A stretch of 64,000 nucleotides of DNA from Candidatus Parvarchaeota archaeon (GTDB lineage Archaea; Nanobdellota; Nanobdellia; B33-G15), in assembly GCA_017608385.1 (NCBI GenBank), contig JAFCFZ010000004.1:2253-66252 (forward strand), read 5' to 3'. The notes beneath the pieces are model-generated. The model made no database searches and was not told where the DNA came from. It saw only the letters and a list, made by a program, of their open reading frames with translations. The position numbers and the translations under genes are program-made. The number at the start of each line of letters is the position of its first letter. Positions within the stretch are counted from its first letter, which is position 1. Positions 48,800-58,484 of the stretch are shown in pieces.

Positions 48800-49810
48800 A
48801 TGGGAGTTGATTTAAGAGATTTGGTAAGTCCAGAAGAAATTGATATGGGTATTCTTTCTGGGAAAAAGATAGCTATTGATGCATTTAATACGATTTACCA
48901 GTTTTTATCAATGATAAGACAAAGAGATGGAACTCCTTTGATGAATTCAAAGGGGGAGGTAACATCTCATCTATCAGGAATATTTTATAGAAACATCAAA
49001 CTTCTTGAGAGAGGAATCCAACCAATTTATGTTTTTGATGGAAAACCCCCAACCTTTAAGGCAGTTTCAGATGAGAGAAAAAAAAGAAAGGAACAGGCAC
49101 AAGAAAAGTATGAACAAGCATTGAAGAAAGGTGACTTGGTTTCTGCAAGAAAATATGCACAACAAACCAGTAAACTAACAAAAGAAATGATTGAAACATC
49201 AAAAAAGTTGTTAGATACTATGGGAATTCCATATGTTCAAGCGCCTAGTGAAGGGGAAGCACAAACAGCACATATGTGTAAGAGAGGAGAGGTTTGGACA
49301 ACAGGAAGTCAAGATTACGATGCTCTATTATTTGGTTCTCCTAAAGTTGTTAGAAACCTAAACATATCTGGAAGAAGAAAGGTTCCTGGAAGGGAAGCTT
49401 TCAAGATAGTTAACCCAGAAATCATTGATTTGAATAAAGTTCTATTAAATCTTGGATTAGATCAAGAAAAATTGATTATTTTGGGAATATTGGTTGGAAC
49501 AGATTACAATCCTGGAGGAGTTAAGGGCATAGGACCTAAGAAAGGTCTTGAACTGGTAAGATCTAAGAAAATAAGTGAAATTTTTAAGGAATTTGAGTGG
49601 AATTTTAAAATGGAACCAGAAAGCATCCTTAATTGGTTCAAAAATCCCGATGTGACAGACGAGTATAATATCTCTCGAAAAAAACCAGATGAGGAACAAG
49701 TTATTAAGTTTCTTTGTGATGAAAATGCTTTTTCAGTTGAGAGAGTTAAATCAGGTTTATCTAAATTAGAAAAACCACCCCAATCTAATCTTCAAAGCTT
49801 CTTCAATTAA
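48800..49810 (+). CDS. fen: Flap endonuclease 1
   Basis: MGVDLRDLV...KKIAIDAFNTIYQF...YVFDGKPP N-domain, with a PIN-like I-domain containing GIGPKK. Confidence 0.9.
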   Translation: MGVDLRDLVSPEEIDMGILSGKKIAIDAFNTIYQFLSMIRQRDGTPLMNSKGEVTSHLSGIFYRNIKLLERGIQPIYVFDGKPPTFKAVSDERKKRKEQAQEKYEQALKKGDLVSARKYAQQTSKLTKEMIETSKKLLDTMGIPYVQAPSEGEAQTAHMCKRGEVWTTGSQDYDALLFGSPKVVRNLNISGRRKVPGREAFKIVNPEIIDLNKVLLNLGLDQEKLIILGILVGTDYNPGGVKGIGPKKGLELVRSKKISEIFKEFEWNFKMEPESILNWFKNPDVTDEYNISRKKPDEEQVIKFLCDENAFSVERVKSGLSKLEKPPQSNLQSFFN

Positions 49811-49841
49811 TGTTTTAAACGATGTTTTTCACTTTGAACTA

Positions 49842-50027
49842 ATGGAAATATTGATTCAAGGTAAAAAAAGAAAGGTAAAGAATAGTGTTCTTTCTGAAAT
49901 AATGAATGAAATAAATGTTAATCCTGAAGAATTTTTGGTTGTTAGAGATAATGAATTAATTACATCTGATACTAAAATAAATAATGGAGATTCTTTAGAA
50001 TTACTTTCTATTGTTTCTGGTGGTTAA
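49842..50027 (+). CDS. samp: Small archaeal modifier protein (ThiS/MoaD-fold ubiquitin-like sulfur carrier) with a C-terminal GG
   Basis: 61 aa beta-grasp-like protein ending ...IVSGG. Its stop directly abuts the ncsA ATG. Confidence 0.75.
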   Translation: MEILIQGKKRKVKNSVLSEIMNEINVNPEEFLVVRDNELITSDTKINNGDSLELLSIVSGG

Positions 50028-50954
50028 ATGAAATGCTCTATATGTAAAGAAAAAGCAGTAATTGAATTGAATTATTTGAAAAAGGCATTTTGTAAGGAAC
50101 ATTTTATTGATTCTTTTGAGGAAAGAGTAAAAAAGCATGTAGAAAAAAACAAATTAGTTGATAAGAACGATAAAATAGTTGTAGGGGTTTCTGGAGGAAA
50201 AGATTCTTTGACAATGCTTTATCTTCTGAATAAATGGTATCCTGGTCAAGTCTCTGCATTGACTGTAGATGAAGGAATAAAAAATTATAGGGAACACACA
50301 ATCAAAATTGTTGAGAAATTTGTAAAAGAATGGGGAATTAATTATAAAAAATTAAGTTTCAAAGAAGGAATTGGTTTTTCTTTGGATGAAATATGCAAAA
50401 AATTAGAAGGAATTCCTTGTTCATATTGTGGTGTTTTTAGAAGATATTTGTTGAATAAAGGAGCTAGAGAGATGAAAGCTACAAAAATAGCAATAGGACA
50501 CAATCTTGATGATGAAGCACAATCAATAATGATGAATCTTTTTCAACATGGTCTTCAAAGATTTGTTAGGATGGGTCCCCTTTCAGGAGTCGTAGACAAT
50601 GAGAAATTTATTAGAAGAATAAAACCATTGAGAGAGATCACAGAAAAGGAAACCAGGGCATATTTTTTCATTAAAAAATTTCCACATGATATTTGGGAGT
50701 GTCCATATATGCAATTTGCTTTTAGACACAATATTAGAAAGATGTTGAATGATTATGAAAAGGACAATTCAGGAACAAAGGCAAATATTGTAAAATCATA
50801 TGATAGTTTTATTAAAAAATTCAAAAAAACAAAATATAATATTGTTTTTTGTGAAAAATGTAAAGAACCAACATCCTCAAATATTTGTAGAGCATGTATA
50901 ATAAAGGAGGAATTTTATGAAAGAACTCGCAACAAAGGAAAAACAAAGAACTGA
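50028..50954 (+). CDS. ncsA: NcsA/Ncs6/TtuA-family tRNA 2-thiolation PP-loop ATPase
   Basis: N-terminal zinc finger CSICKE...CKEHF, PP-loop GVSGGKDS, and C-terminal Cys pairs CEKCKEP..CRAC. Confidence 0.85.
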   Translation: MKCSICKEKAVIELNYLKKAFCKEHFIDSFEERVKKHVEKNKLVDKNDKIVVGVSGGKDSLTMLYLLNKWYPGQVSALTVDEGIKNYREHTIKIVEKFVKEWGINYKKLSFKEGIGFSLDEICKKLEGIPCSYCGVFRRYLLNKGAREMKATKIAIGHNLDDEAQSIMMNLFQHGLQRFVRMGPLSGVVDNEKFIRRIKPLREITEKETRAYFFIKKFPHDIWECPYMQFAFRHNIRKMLNDYEKDNSGTKANIVKSYDSFIKKFKKTKYNIVFCEKCKEPTSSNICRACIIKEEFYERTRNKGKTKN

Positions 50955-51177
50955 TTTTGCATTTGATGAATTAAGACTTTTGGATAAGAAAGGAGAGGAA
51001 TTATTAGATTTGGCCAAATCTTATAAGATAGATGGAGATTTTTTCTTTGAAAAAGAAAAATGGTTGGAATCATTTGAACTTTATGTCTATATTTTTGGGA
51101 TATTAGATTCTTTAGCCAACTTAAAATTGGTTGATCCCGGAGAAGCTAGAAAGCACTATAAAATAGACCCATTATAA
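50917..51177 (+). CDS. Hypothetical small protein
   Basis: ORF only. The start overlaps ncsA, so the true start may be downstream. Confidence 0.3.
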   Translation: MKELATKEKQRTDFAFDELRLLDKKGEELLDLAKSYKIDGDFFFEKEKWLESFELYVYIFGILDSLANLKLVDPGEARKHYKIDPL

Positions 51178-51867
51178 TTTTTCATAAACAAGGAACATAA
51201 AAAATGCTGACCATGTTTGGGTAAAAAGCCCAATAAGAAAAGTTCCAATCACAGAGTAAAATAATGACACTAAAAATATAGGGGTGTTAACAATCATAAG
51301 AACAGCCGCAACCTTTAACGTTGTTCCCGGTTTTTTAATGAATAATTTTATACTTCTTTTTATTGAGTAGATAGGGCTTTTATCAGTTGAGATAAGGATA
51401 TATTTAGAATAAAACAACAACAGACTCATAAAAACAATAGAGAATCCAAGATAATACACTCCTGTTATCGAAATAGGGAATAGAGAGAATAAAATAAGGG
51501 AAGGAATCGAAATCAAAATATAAAGAACAATGCTGATTATTGTTGTTTCAAAGATTTTCCACCAAAATTTTCTTCCATAATGCCATCCTGGTTTTTTGTT
51601 TTTGATTATTGCATTAATAGAACCCAAACCAACTGCTTCCATATACGATGAAAAAAGTATCAATAGTAAAAAAGAGGATATGATGAATGGAGAGGAAGAT
51701 AAAACAAGATTTACCATCTCCATATCTATTGTTTGAGTAAATCCTATTGAAACTAATACTGTTGTAAACCCCAATATTGCAAGAGATTGGATAATAAATG
51801 GAACAGTATAACTTAGATTTTTTATCCATTTTTCAAAAGAAGTCTCAATTAATTGGTCTATTTTCAC
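51172..51867 (-). CDS. Hypothetical membrane protein (about 6 TM)
   Basis: Hydrophobic ORF; no motif recognised. Confidence 0.4.
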   Translation of the reverse strand: MKIDQLIETSFEKWIKNLSYTVPFIIQSLAILGFTTVLVSIGFTQTIDMEMVNLVLSSSPFIISSFLLLILFSSYMEAVGLGSINAIIKNKKPGWHYGRKFWWKIFETTIISIVLYILISIPSLILFSLFPISITGVYYLGFSIVFMSLLLFYSKYILISTDKSPIYSIKRSIKLFIKKPGTTLKVAAVLMIVNTPIFLVSLFYSVIGTFLIGLFTQTWSAFFMFLVYEKL

Positions 51868-51943
51868 TTAATAACTATCTAATCTGGTAAATAAAAAATT
51901 TCTTATCAAAATCTATTTATCTATTTGGAGATAAAACACAAGT

Positions 51944-52873
51944 ATGTTACTGGAAATCTTTTTTATGATATGTTCATTTATTGTACTTTACAAATCCAGT
52001 AGTTATTTGGTTGATTCAGCAACAAAACTTGCAGCATATTTTAATTTGCCAGAGTTTGTGATTGGTTTTGTAATAATTGCAATTGGAACTTCTTTACCCG
52101 AATTGTCAGTTTCGTCGGTGTCTTCCCTTTTAGGAGATCCAAACATTTCAATAGGAAACATTTTAGGATCTAACATTGTCAATATTGCTCTTGTTTTGGC
52201 AATAGCAGTTTTGATTTACAAAAAAATTAAGGTTGAATCTGAATTTTTACTCAAGGATATGTTCATCAGTATGGGCTTGTCGATCATTCCTTTAATTTTA
52301 ATCTTAGTTATTCAACCTAACATGTTCCTCGGTTTGATTTTTTTGATAATGTTCGTATATTATATTTCTAGAATGATGACCCAAAAACAATTTAGAAAAG
52401 GAGTTGAAGTAAAACCAAGAGAAGCAGTGATAGCAGGGGCAATAATTATCCCTGCAATTGCTTTGGTAATCTTTTCTTCCTATTTAATTACAATATTTGG
52501 GCAAACAATTGCTTCTTTATTTTCAGTATCTTCATTTTTGGTAGGGATGAGTATAGTTGCTTTGGGAACTTCTTTGCCAGAACTAGCTACAATAATTGTT
52601 TCTTTGAAAAAGGGATATAATTATCTTGCATGGGGAAATATAATGGGATCTTTGGTGGCAAACTCCACTCTTGTTTTAGGAACTACGCTTTTCTTGTCAA
52701 ATAAACAATTTACTGGAATAAATATAATCCCCGCAGTAGGTTTGCTTTTTATGTTACAGATAATCCTCCTTATAATAACTAAAATGGACAAAAAATTGAA
52801 AAGAGTTGATGGTATCTCATTCATTTTAATATATTGTTTCTATGTGATTTTAGAATTCTTAATAAATGCTTAG
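51944..52873 (+). CDS. Na+/Ca2+ (cation/Ca2+) exchanger family protein
   Basis: Two alpha-repeat motifs, GNILGSNIVNIALVLAI and GNIMGSLVANSTLVLG. Confidence 0.85.
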   Translation: MLLEIFFMICSFIVLYKSSSYLVDSATKLAAYFNLPEFVIGFVIIAIGTSLPELSVSSVSSLLGDPNISIGNILGSNIVNIALVLAIAVLIYKKIKVESEFLLKDMFISMGLSIIPLILILVIQPNMFLGLIFLIMFVYYISRMMTQKQFRKGVEVKPREAVIAGAIIIPAIALVIFSSYLITIFGQTIASLFSVSSFLVGMSIVALGTSLPELATIIVSLKKGYNYLAWGNIMGSLVANSTLVLGTTLFLSNKQFTGINIIPAVGLLFMLQIILLIITKMDKKLKRVDGISFILIYCFYVILEFLINA

Positions 52874-52888
52874 AACTATGCTAAGAAA

Positions 52889-53998
52889 ATGGACTTCAAT
52901 ACACTTATTTCTTTTATTGGAGCAACAATAGGTGCTGGCTTTTTTCTTTTGTATGGATATGCTTTTCAAATTGCTGGATCTTCCATTATTTATTCAATTA
53001 TAATAGCCTTTTTGGTATTTCTTGTATCAGCAATTGTCTTTTTGAGAATTTTTTTCAAAGAAGGTAAGAGAAATCTTTCGTTTCTTGAAAAAAGAATTAA
53101 ATTTCCATATCAATGGATAATACTTTTTGCAGAGGCTTCTTGGCTTTCATTGTGTGTTTTAGCAGTAGGATATATTGGTAATCATTTTTTAGGATTTTCA
53201 GTTATGAACATGGCTATTTTTGCTTTGTTTTTGATAATTCTTGTTAATTTCTTGAAAAAAGCAATTAGTTTGGAGAGATTAATGGTTACTTTGATTATTT
53301 TGAGTTCTTTTTTAGTATTACTCTATTATATCCCCACTCCAGAATTAATAGTTCCAGAATTCAGTTATGCTATCTTCCCCACAATTCCTCTTCTCTTTAT
53401 TTTATTTGTAGGATTTGAAAGATTGATATTTTTAATACCCTTTTCTGGAAAGAAAGAAATGCAAAGAGGAACATTATCTACAATTTTTATCGCATTTATC
53501 TTTTACATCGTCATGCTCTTTGTTTTCCCTAACCCTCAACCAAATGTGTATTTTATCAGCGATTATTTCCCTTACCCTTTCAATATTTTCATTATTATTC
53601 CAGTTACTATGATTTTCCTTGCATCTGCTAATTCTTCTATTGAAATAAGTGTAGATATGATAAAGGAGTTAGCAAAGAAAAAGAACCTACCAGAATTTTT
53701 CAATACAAGAAAAGAATATTCAGAAGTTTTGTTAATATTTGTGGCCTTTATCGTTTTAATTTTGAATAAAGGATTATTAATAATGGCTTATTTGACAAAT
53801 ATAGCATACATTTGTTTTTTCCTTCTTGTTTCTCTTTATGCATTTTTAGAAAAAGATTTTGATAAAAAATTACCTCTTCTGTCTATCTTGCTTTTATCAA
53901 TTACACTGTTCTTTATTCCTTCTGATGTGATTTTATTATTTGTATTAATACTCCCTTTAATGATATTTTCCGGAGATATAATAAAAGCATTAGTATAG
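52889..53998 (+). CDS. APC-superfamily-like transporter
   Basis: IGATIGAGFFLLYGYAFQIAGSSII resembles the APC consensus region. The protein is polytopic. Confidence 0.45.
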   Translation: MDFNTLISFIGATIGAGFFLLYGYAFQIAGSSIIYSIIIAFLVFLVSAIVFLRIFFKEGKRNLSFLEKRIKFPYQWIILFAEASWLSLCVLAVGYIGNHFLGFSVMNMAIFALFLIILVNFLKKAISLERLMVTLIILSSFLVLLYYIPTPELIVPEFSYAIFPTIPLLFILFVGFERLIFLIPFSGKKEMQRGTLSTIFIAFIFYIVMLFVFPNPQPNVYFISDYFPYPFNIFIIIPVTMIFLASANSSIEISVDMIKELAKKKNLPEFFNTRKEYSEVLLIFVAFIVLILNKGLLIMAYLTNIAYICFFLLVSLYAFLEKDFDKKLPLLSILLLSITLFFIPSDVILLFVLILPLMIFSGDIIKALV

Positions 53999-54048
53999 TC
54001 AGAAGCTACCCTGCTCATCATTTGTCAGCCGGGATTCACATCATCATC

Positions 54049-54417
54049 CTATTCAAATACAACTAATATTCTATCATTGTCTTTTAAATAATACGAAAAT
54101 GGACTAATTTCATTACCATTGGCATAAAATGTCCAATTTCCTTGATCTAAACAAAGATTTCTCAAACAATAGATTTTATTGTCATATATTACAGGAGAAT
54201 AAGGATTTATGATACTTATTAATGAAGCATTTTCATTAACACTTATTGTTTCTTCAGGAAGTAAGTTTCCCATCTGAAACTGAAGAGTAACTGAAGCTTT
54301 GGTTTCTACAGTTCCAAAGAAGATGAATGCAGGAGCAATCATTAATAGAACTAAGATTAATGGTGTCCATTTTTTCCACGAGTCGTTCTTTTTCTTCTTA
54401 ATTACTGATTTTCTCAT
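54049..54417 (-). CDS. Hypothetical N-terminally anchored or secreted small protein
   Basis: Basic N-terminus plus a TM/signal segment, followed by a beta-rich domain with two Cys. Confidence 0.4.
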   Translation of the reverse strand: MRKSVIKKKKNDSWKKWTPLILVLLMIAPAFIFFGTVETKASVTLQFQMGNLLPEETISVNENASLISIINPYSPVIYDNKIYCLRNLCLDQGNWTFYANGNEISPFSYYLKDNDRILVVFE

Positions 54418-54526
54418 CTATTCTTCTTTGTTATTCACCCTTTAAAAATTTTAAATAGGAACATCTACTTTGAGAATTGAAAATATGTTTTAAGAAACTT
54501 TTAATAAATCACATTTTATTAGTCAA

Positions 54527-57367
54527 GTGATGAAAAAGATTCTTTTTATAGTATCAATTTTATTATTTACAATAGGTACTGCTAGGGCAGATATCTTCAC
54601 TCCATGGATTCAAGGGATATCATCATTTTTTTCAGATTACACCAATATTGCGATTGCATTGGCTTTATCTGTTGTGACAATGGCAGTTGCAAAAAAAGCA
54701 TTTGGATCTAGATATGGGGGTGGAGATAATAAGATACCAATAGCAATTGGAATTGCTGTTTTCATATTTTCAATGATTTATTTTCCCCAAACACCTGTTT
54801 CCGGTTATGTTAATGGGATCCTTTATACCCCAGGAACTGGTGGAATTGGAGTTCTTGGTGGACTTAATCTTGGAACTCTACCAGGATTGATTATATCCAT
54901 TATCTTTGTTATTGCAGTTTTTTGGGCTTGGAAAAATGGAAAATTTGAGAACAAAACTCATTGGCTTGTTTTTGTGGGGATGCTTGCAGCAACACTTATG
55001 GCATTTATATTTTCATATTTTAGAATCTATGTACTTTCAGGGGCTGCAGGTTTAGCGGCTGTTTTACTCTTCATTGCTTTCTTAATCCTTTTCATAAGGA
55101 ATATTGCAATGTCTGGTGTTAATTGGAGTAAGGCAGGTATTGGAAGATCTAAAGGAGGAGAAGATTCAATTGAAAAAGGAGATGGAAAAAGGGTGATGAG
55201 AAGGAATTTGAGGAACATGAGCAAATTGGATAAAAACATAGTAAAGATCATAAACATAAAAGACCAAAAACTCATACCTACTCTCAAAAGTTTAGCAAGT
55301 TTAATGGAATTTGCTAAGAAAGGAGTTCTTCCTGTAAAAGTAACAGGCGATGTTATGAGTGATTTAAAAAAACTAAATCTACTTTATTTAGGAACAACTA
55401 GGATATTTAAGATATTTTCTGAAGAAAAAAGATCTCGATATGCTGCTACTTCTGTAGTGTTAAAGAGAATAGCATTCAAAAGAGGAAATACAAGAAAACA
55501 AATGAAAGAAGGATTTTCAGCGTTGGAAAGATTACTCGATTCTAAAAATGTTGACTCAAAAACTAAAGAATATTTGAGAGCAATAAGAAATATTATGATA
55601 GGTGGAGGAATTAAGTTAAATGTTACCTTTAGTGTTGAAGGGGGAAGTCCAAGAGTAGAAGAGAAATCTATTATTAACTTTTTGAATGATAAGAGAATAA
55701 AGAAGAAGGTAGCTATATTCCCTATTGATGAGGGAGGTCTATCCAATCTTAGAGCGATATGGCATAACGTTGCAAATATGGTAGGTTTTAAACAACATGA
55801 AGAAGAATTGAGATTCCATTTAGATGCAGTTCAATCCAAAGTAGATCTTTCAAAGTTCGGTGTAACAAGTGAAGGACTGAAAAAAATTGCGGCAAAAAGA
55901 CCTACAGGTAAACCAGAAAGTGATTTGATGAGATCTGTTGTTGCTTTGTTCGCTTTGAAAACAAATTATTATGGAATGATAGCATATCCTTTTCACAGTT
56001 CACTTTACAAATATAGAAACAATCTTGTTACTTTAATCAAATTAATCAATGAAACTAAGAAAGCAAGAAAAATAGCTAAGAAATACAATAAGGAAATACC
56101 TGATTCAACTCAAATGGAACAGGCAATTGTTAAAATGGTTGTTCAAGAAGGACTTTACTTAGCTGATATATTCTCAATATTTTCAACTTTGTTTAATGAT
56201 GGAGAACTCAATGGTCTTTCAGTCCAAATGAGACAAGGGATGAATAGACTATATCAACGTTCTTTTAGTGGAGAACCGTTAGGTAGGGATGAGTTATTCA
56301 CTTCACTTAAAGGATTTGGATTATTTAGAAGAAAGTTTAGGGAAATGAGTTTTAAAGAAGTAAGAAAAATGGGATCTCCTAGGAGATATAGAGACACAGC
56401 ATATTACACTCTTTTCAAAAAAATAGAAGAGGGTTCAAAAAGAAAATTAGAAAGTCAAGCTCAAATTTTAGATCAAATTGCTGAAGAATTGAAAGCAAAT
56501 CCTGGAGTAAAATCTACTCCAAATGTTCAAGGTAAATGGGATAATTTGATAGGACAAATAAATAGGGAAGAGCAACTCATGCTAAAGTTAAATGAAGTTT
56601 TAAAACACTTTAAAGAGACTGACAAGAAAGAAGAATACCTTCTCAGAAAAATGTTAGGAGCTATCGAAAAAATTGAAGAACCTATTAAAGAATATTTTGA
56701 AGAGGAGGAAAAAACGGAAGAGGAAGAGAAAAAAATTGAGGAAAAAGAAGAAAAGATTGTTCATAAGATAGATGAATCATTTGCAATTCTAAACAAGAGT
56801 ATGCCGGATGTTAAAAATTTAACATCCCTAACATCATATTATTTATGGCAAGCAGAGAATTATCGTAAAGGATATTCTAATTTTTTGAAAAATGCTCGTG
56901 AGATTGGTAAATTAGTGGGAAAAACATTCATGAAAGGAAATAAGGTAAAGCCAGGAATTAGTGAAGAACTCAAGAAAGCAATTAATGAAGCATTTAATGC
57001 ATTTAATAATTATTTGGAAACACAGAAGACAGTATCAAAGAAAAAGTCAGAATTTGGAAATGGATTAAGACAACTAGTTGAGACTGGTTTGGATCCTGAT
57101 GAACTTAAAGAAATCTCTAAGATTGTTAAGAGAAAAGAAAAGGATGGAAGTAAAACTACAAAAATAATAATTAGTATCCAGAAACTAGCTGAAAGGACTA
57201 GGAAAGAAGATGCTTTAGGTAAGAAAATTAAAAGTATAGTTGATAGGCAATTTCATTCATTACCTCATGCAAAACTCATGGAAAATGTTAAAGAAGCTAA
57301 TTGGACTAATATCATGAAGATGAGAGATTTGAGAAAAGCATTGAAGGAAGAATTGAAATCTAAATAA
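54527..57367 (+). CDS. Large (946 aa) membrane protein. It has a Sec signal peptide, a polytopic N-terminal domain (about 230 aa) and a long K/E-rich predicted coiled-coil tail
   Basis: MMKKILFIVSILLFTIGTARA-DIF signal peptide, then 4-5 TM helices, then about 700 aa of charged helical repeats (EEEEKTEEEEKKIEEKEEK). Confidence 0.55.
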   Translation: MMKKILFIVSILLFTIGTARADIFTPWIQGISSFFSDYTNIAIALALSVVTMAVAKKAFGSRYGGGDNKIPIAIGIAVFIFSMIYFPQTPVSGYVNGILYTPGTGGIGVLGGLNLGTLPGLIISIIFVIAVFWAWKNGKFENKTHWLVFVGMLAATLMAFIFSYFRIYVLSGAAGLAAVLLFIAFLILFIRNIAMSGVNWSKAGIGRSKGGEDSIEKGDGKRVMRRNLRNMSKLDKNIVKIINIKDQKLIPTLKSLASLMEFAKKGVLPVKVTGDVMSDLKKLNLLYLGTTRIFKIFSEEKRSRYAATSVVLKRIAFKRGNTRKQMKEGFSALERLLDSKNVDSKTKEYLRAIRNIMIGGGIKLNVTFSVEGGSPRVEEKSIINFLNDKRIKKKVAIFPIDEGGLSNLRAIWHNVANMVGFKQHEEELRFHLDAVQSKVDLSKFGVTSEGLKKIAAKRPTGKPESDLMRSVVALFALKTNYYGMIAYPFHSSLYKYRNNLVTLIKLINETKKARKIAKKYNKEIPDSTQMEQAIVKMVVQEGLYLADIFSIFSTLFNDGELNGLSVQMRQGMNRLYQRSFSGEPLGRDELFTSLKGFGLFRRKFREMSFKEVRKMGSPRRYRDTAYYTLFKKIEEGSKRKLESQAQILDQIAEELKANPGVKSTPNVQGKWDNLIGQINREEQLMLKLNEVLKHFKETDKKEEYLLRKMLGAIEKIEEPIKEYFEEEEKTEEEEKKIEEKEEKIVHKIDESFAILNKSMPDVKNLTSLTSYYLWQAENYRKGYSNFLKNAREIGKLVGKTFMKGNKVKPGISEELKKAINEAFNAFNNYLETQKTVSKKKSEFGNGLRQLVETGLDPDELKEISKIVKRKEKDGSKTTKIIISIQKLAERTRKEDALGKKIKSIVDRQFHSLPHAKLMENVKEANWTNIMKMRDLRKALKEELKSK

Positions 57368-57418
57368 TTGATTAGTAATCTTTTTAATCTTCATTCTTTT
57401 ATATTAAAGTGATAAAAA

Positions 57419-57952
57419 ATGTCAGATAGTATGTTTGGGGGCGTTGTACAGACACTTCAAAATATGGGGTTTTTTGATGTGATTCTACCTTTTTTACTTA
57501 TATTTGCAGTGATTTATGGAGTTCTAGCAAGAGCTCAAATATTTGAAGATAGAAACGATATCAATGCAGTTATTGCATTTGTTATGGGAATGCTTGTTAT
57601 AGGGTCTTCTTGGGTTGTTGGAGTTTTAACCGGATTCTTACCTATAGTTGGTTTATTGTCTGTTGTTTTTTTAGGTGGGTTTATTCTATTTGCAATGTTT
57701 GCTGGAAATGCTGAAAATATTTATGATGGAAAAGCAAAATATGTTGCAGCTGCAGTTATTCTGGTTGTTTTTCCTTTAATTTTAGTTAATATGATTGCAC
57801 CAACTTTTTGGGGGGATATGACCAATGATTGGGCATTACCTTTTAGTATGGTTGATATGGGTGTGATGGTTGCAATGGTTTTAGTTATTGGAATTATGAT
57901 ATGGATTACTAAACCAAGTGGAGGCGATGGAGGAGGTAGTTCAAGTGATTGA
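57419..57952 (+). CDS. 4-TM membrane protein of an unknown family, tandem paralog 1
   Basis: LPFLLIFAVIYGVLARAQIFEDRNDINAVIAFVMGM is conserved with paralog 3. C-terminal G/S/D tail. Confidence 0.55.
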   Translation: MSDSMFGGVVQTLQNMGFFDVILPFLLIFAVIYGVLARAQIFEDRNDINAVIAFVMGMLVIGSSWVVGVLTGFLPIVGLLSVVFLGGFILFAMFAGNAENIYDGKAKYVAAAVILVVFPLILVNMIAPTFWGDMTNDWALPFSMVDMGVMVAMVLVIGIMIWITKPSGGDGGGSSSD

Positions 57953-58478
57953 AGGAATTTTCACTGCGATATGGCAAGGTTTTGCTTCTTTAACTCCCGC
58001 AGGAGTTTCTCCTGAATATTTTTGGCCAACATTCATACTTGTTTTTGCAATGGTTTACACTATCCTAGAAAAGGTCAAAGTTTTTGGAGATATTCAACAT
58101 GGAAATAAAAGAGGAATTTATCTCATAGTTGCATTGGTTTTTGCATATTTTACAGCGAGCTCTGCATTTGCAACATTAATTATTGCAAAGATGACACCAC
58201 AGTTAGGAATGGTGCTTGTTGCAATATTAGTATTTTTGATCATATTTACTTTCCTTTCCGGAGGAGATGATATGACTGGAGAAAAATATCCAAAATGGTT
58301 GTTGTGGGTGATGGTATTAATTGGTGTCGCTTGGGTATTTGGCTCAACATTTTTTGAAGTTACAGGAACATCATTCAGTACGGGATCGTTTGCTCTTTCA
58401 CAAGCTGATATGGGAATAATATTTGCATTGGGAATCTTTGGATTTGTCCTATGGTTCCTTTTTAAAGATAAGAATTGA
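57918..58478 (+). CDS. 4-TM membrane protein, tandem paralog 2. The start is possibly the GTG at 57945
   Basis: FILVFAMVYTILEKVKVFGD is conserved with paralogs 1 and 3. It overlaps the paralog-1 stop. Confidence 0.5.
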   Translation: MEAMEEVVQVIEGIFTAIWQGFASLTPAGVSPEYFWPTFILVFAMVYTILEKVKVFGDIQHGNKRGIYLIVALVFAYFTASSAFATLIIAKMTPQLGMVLVAILVFLIIFTFLSGGDDMTGEKYPKWLLWVMVLIGVAWVFGSTFFEVTGTSFSTGSFALSQADMGIIFALGIFGFVLWFLFKDKN

Positions 58479-58484
58479 TGAAAA

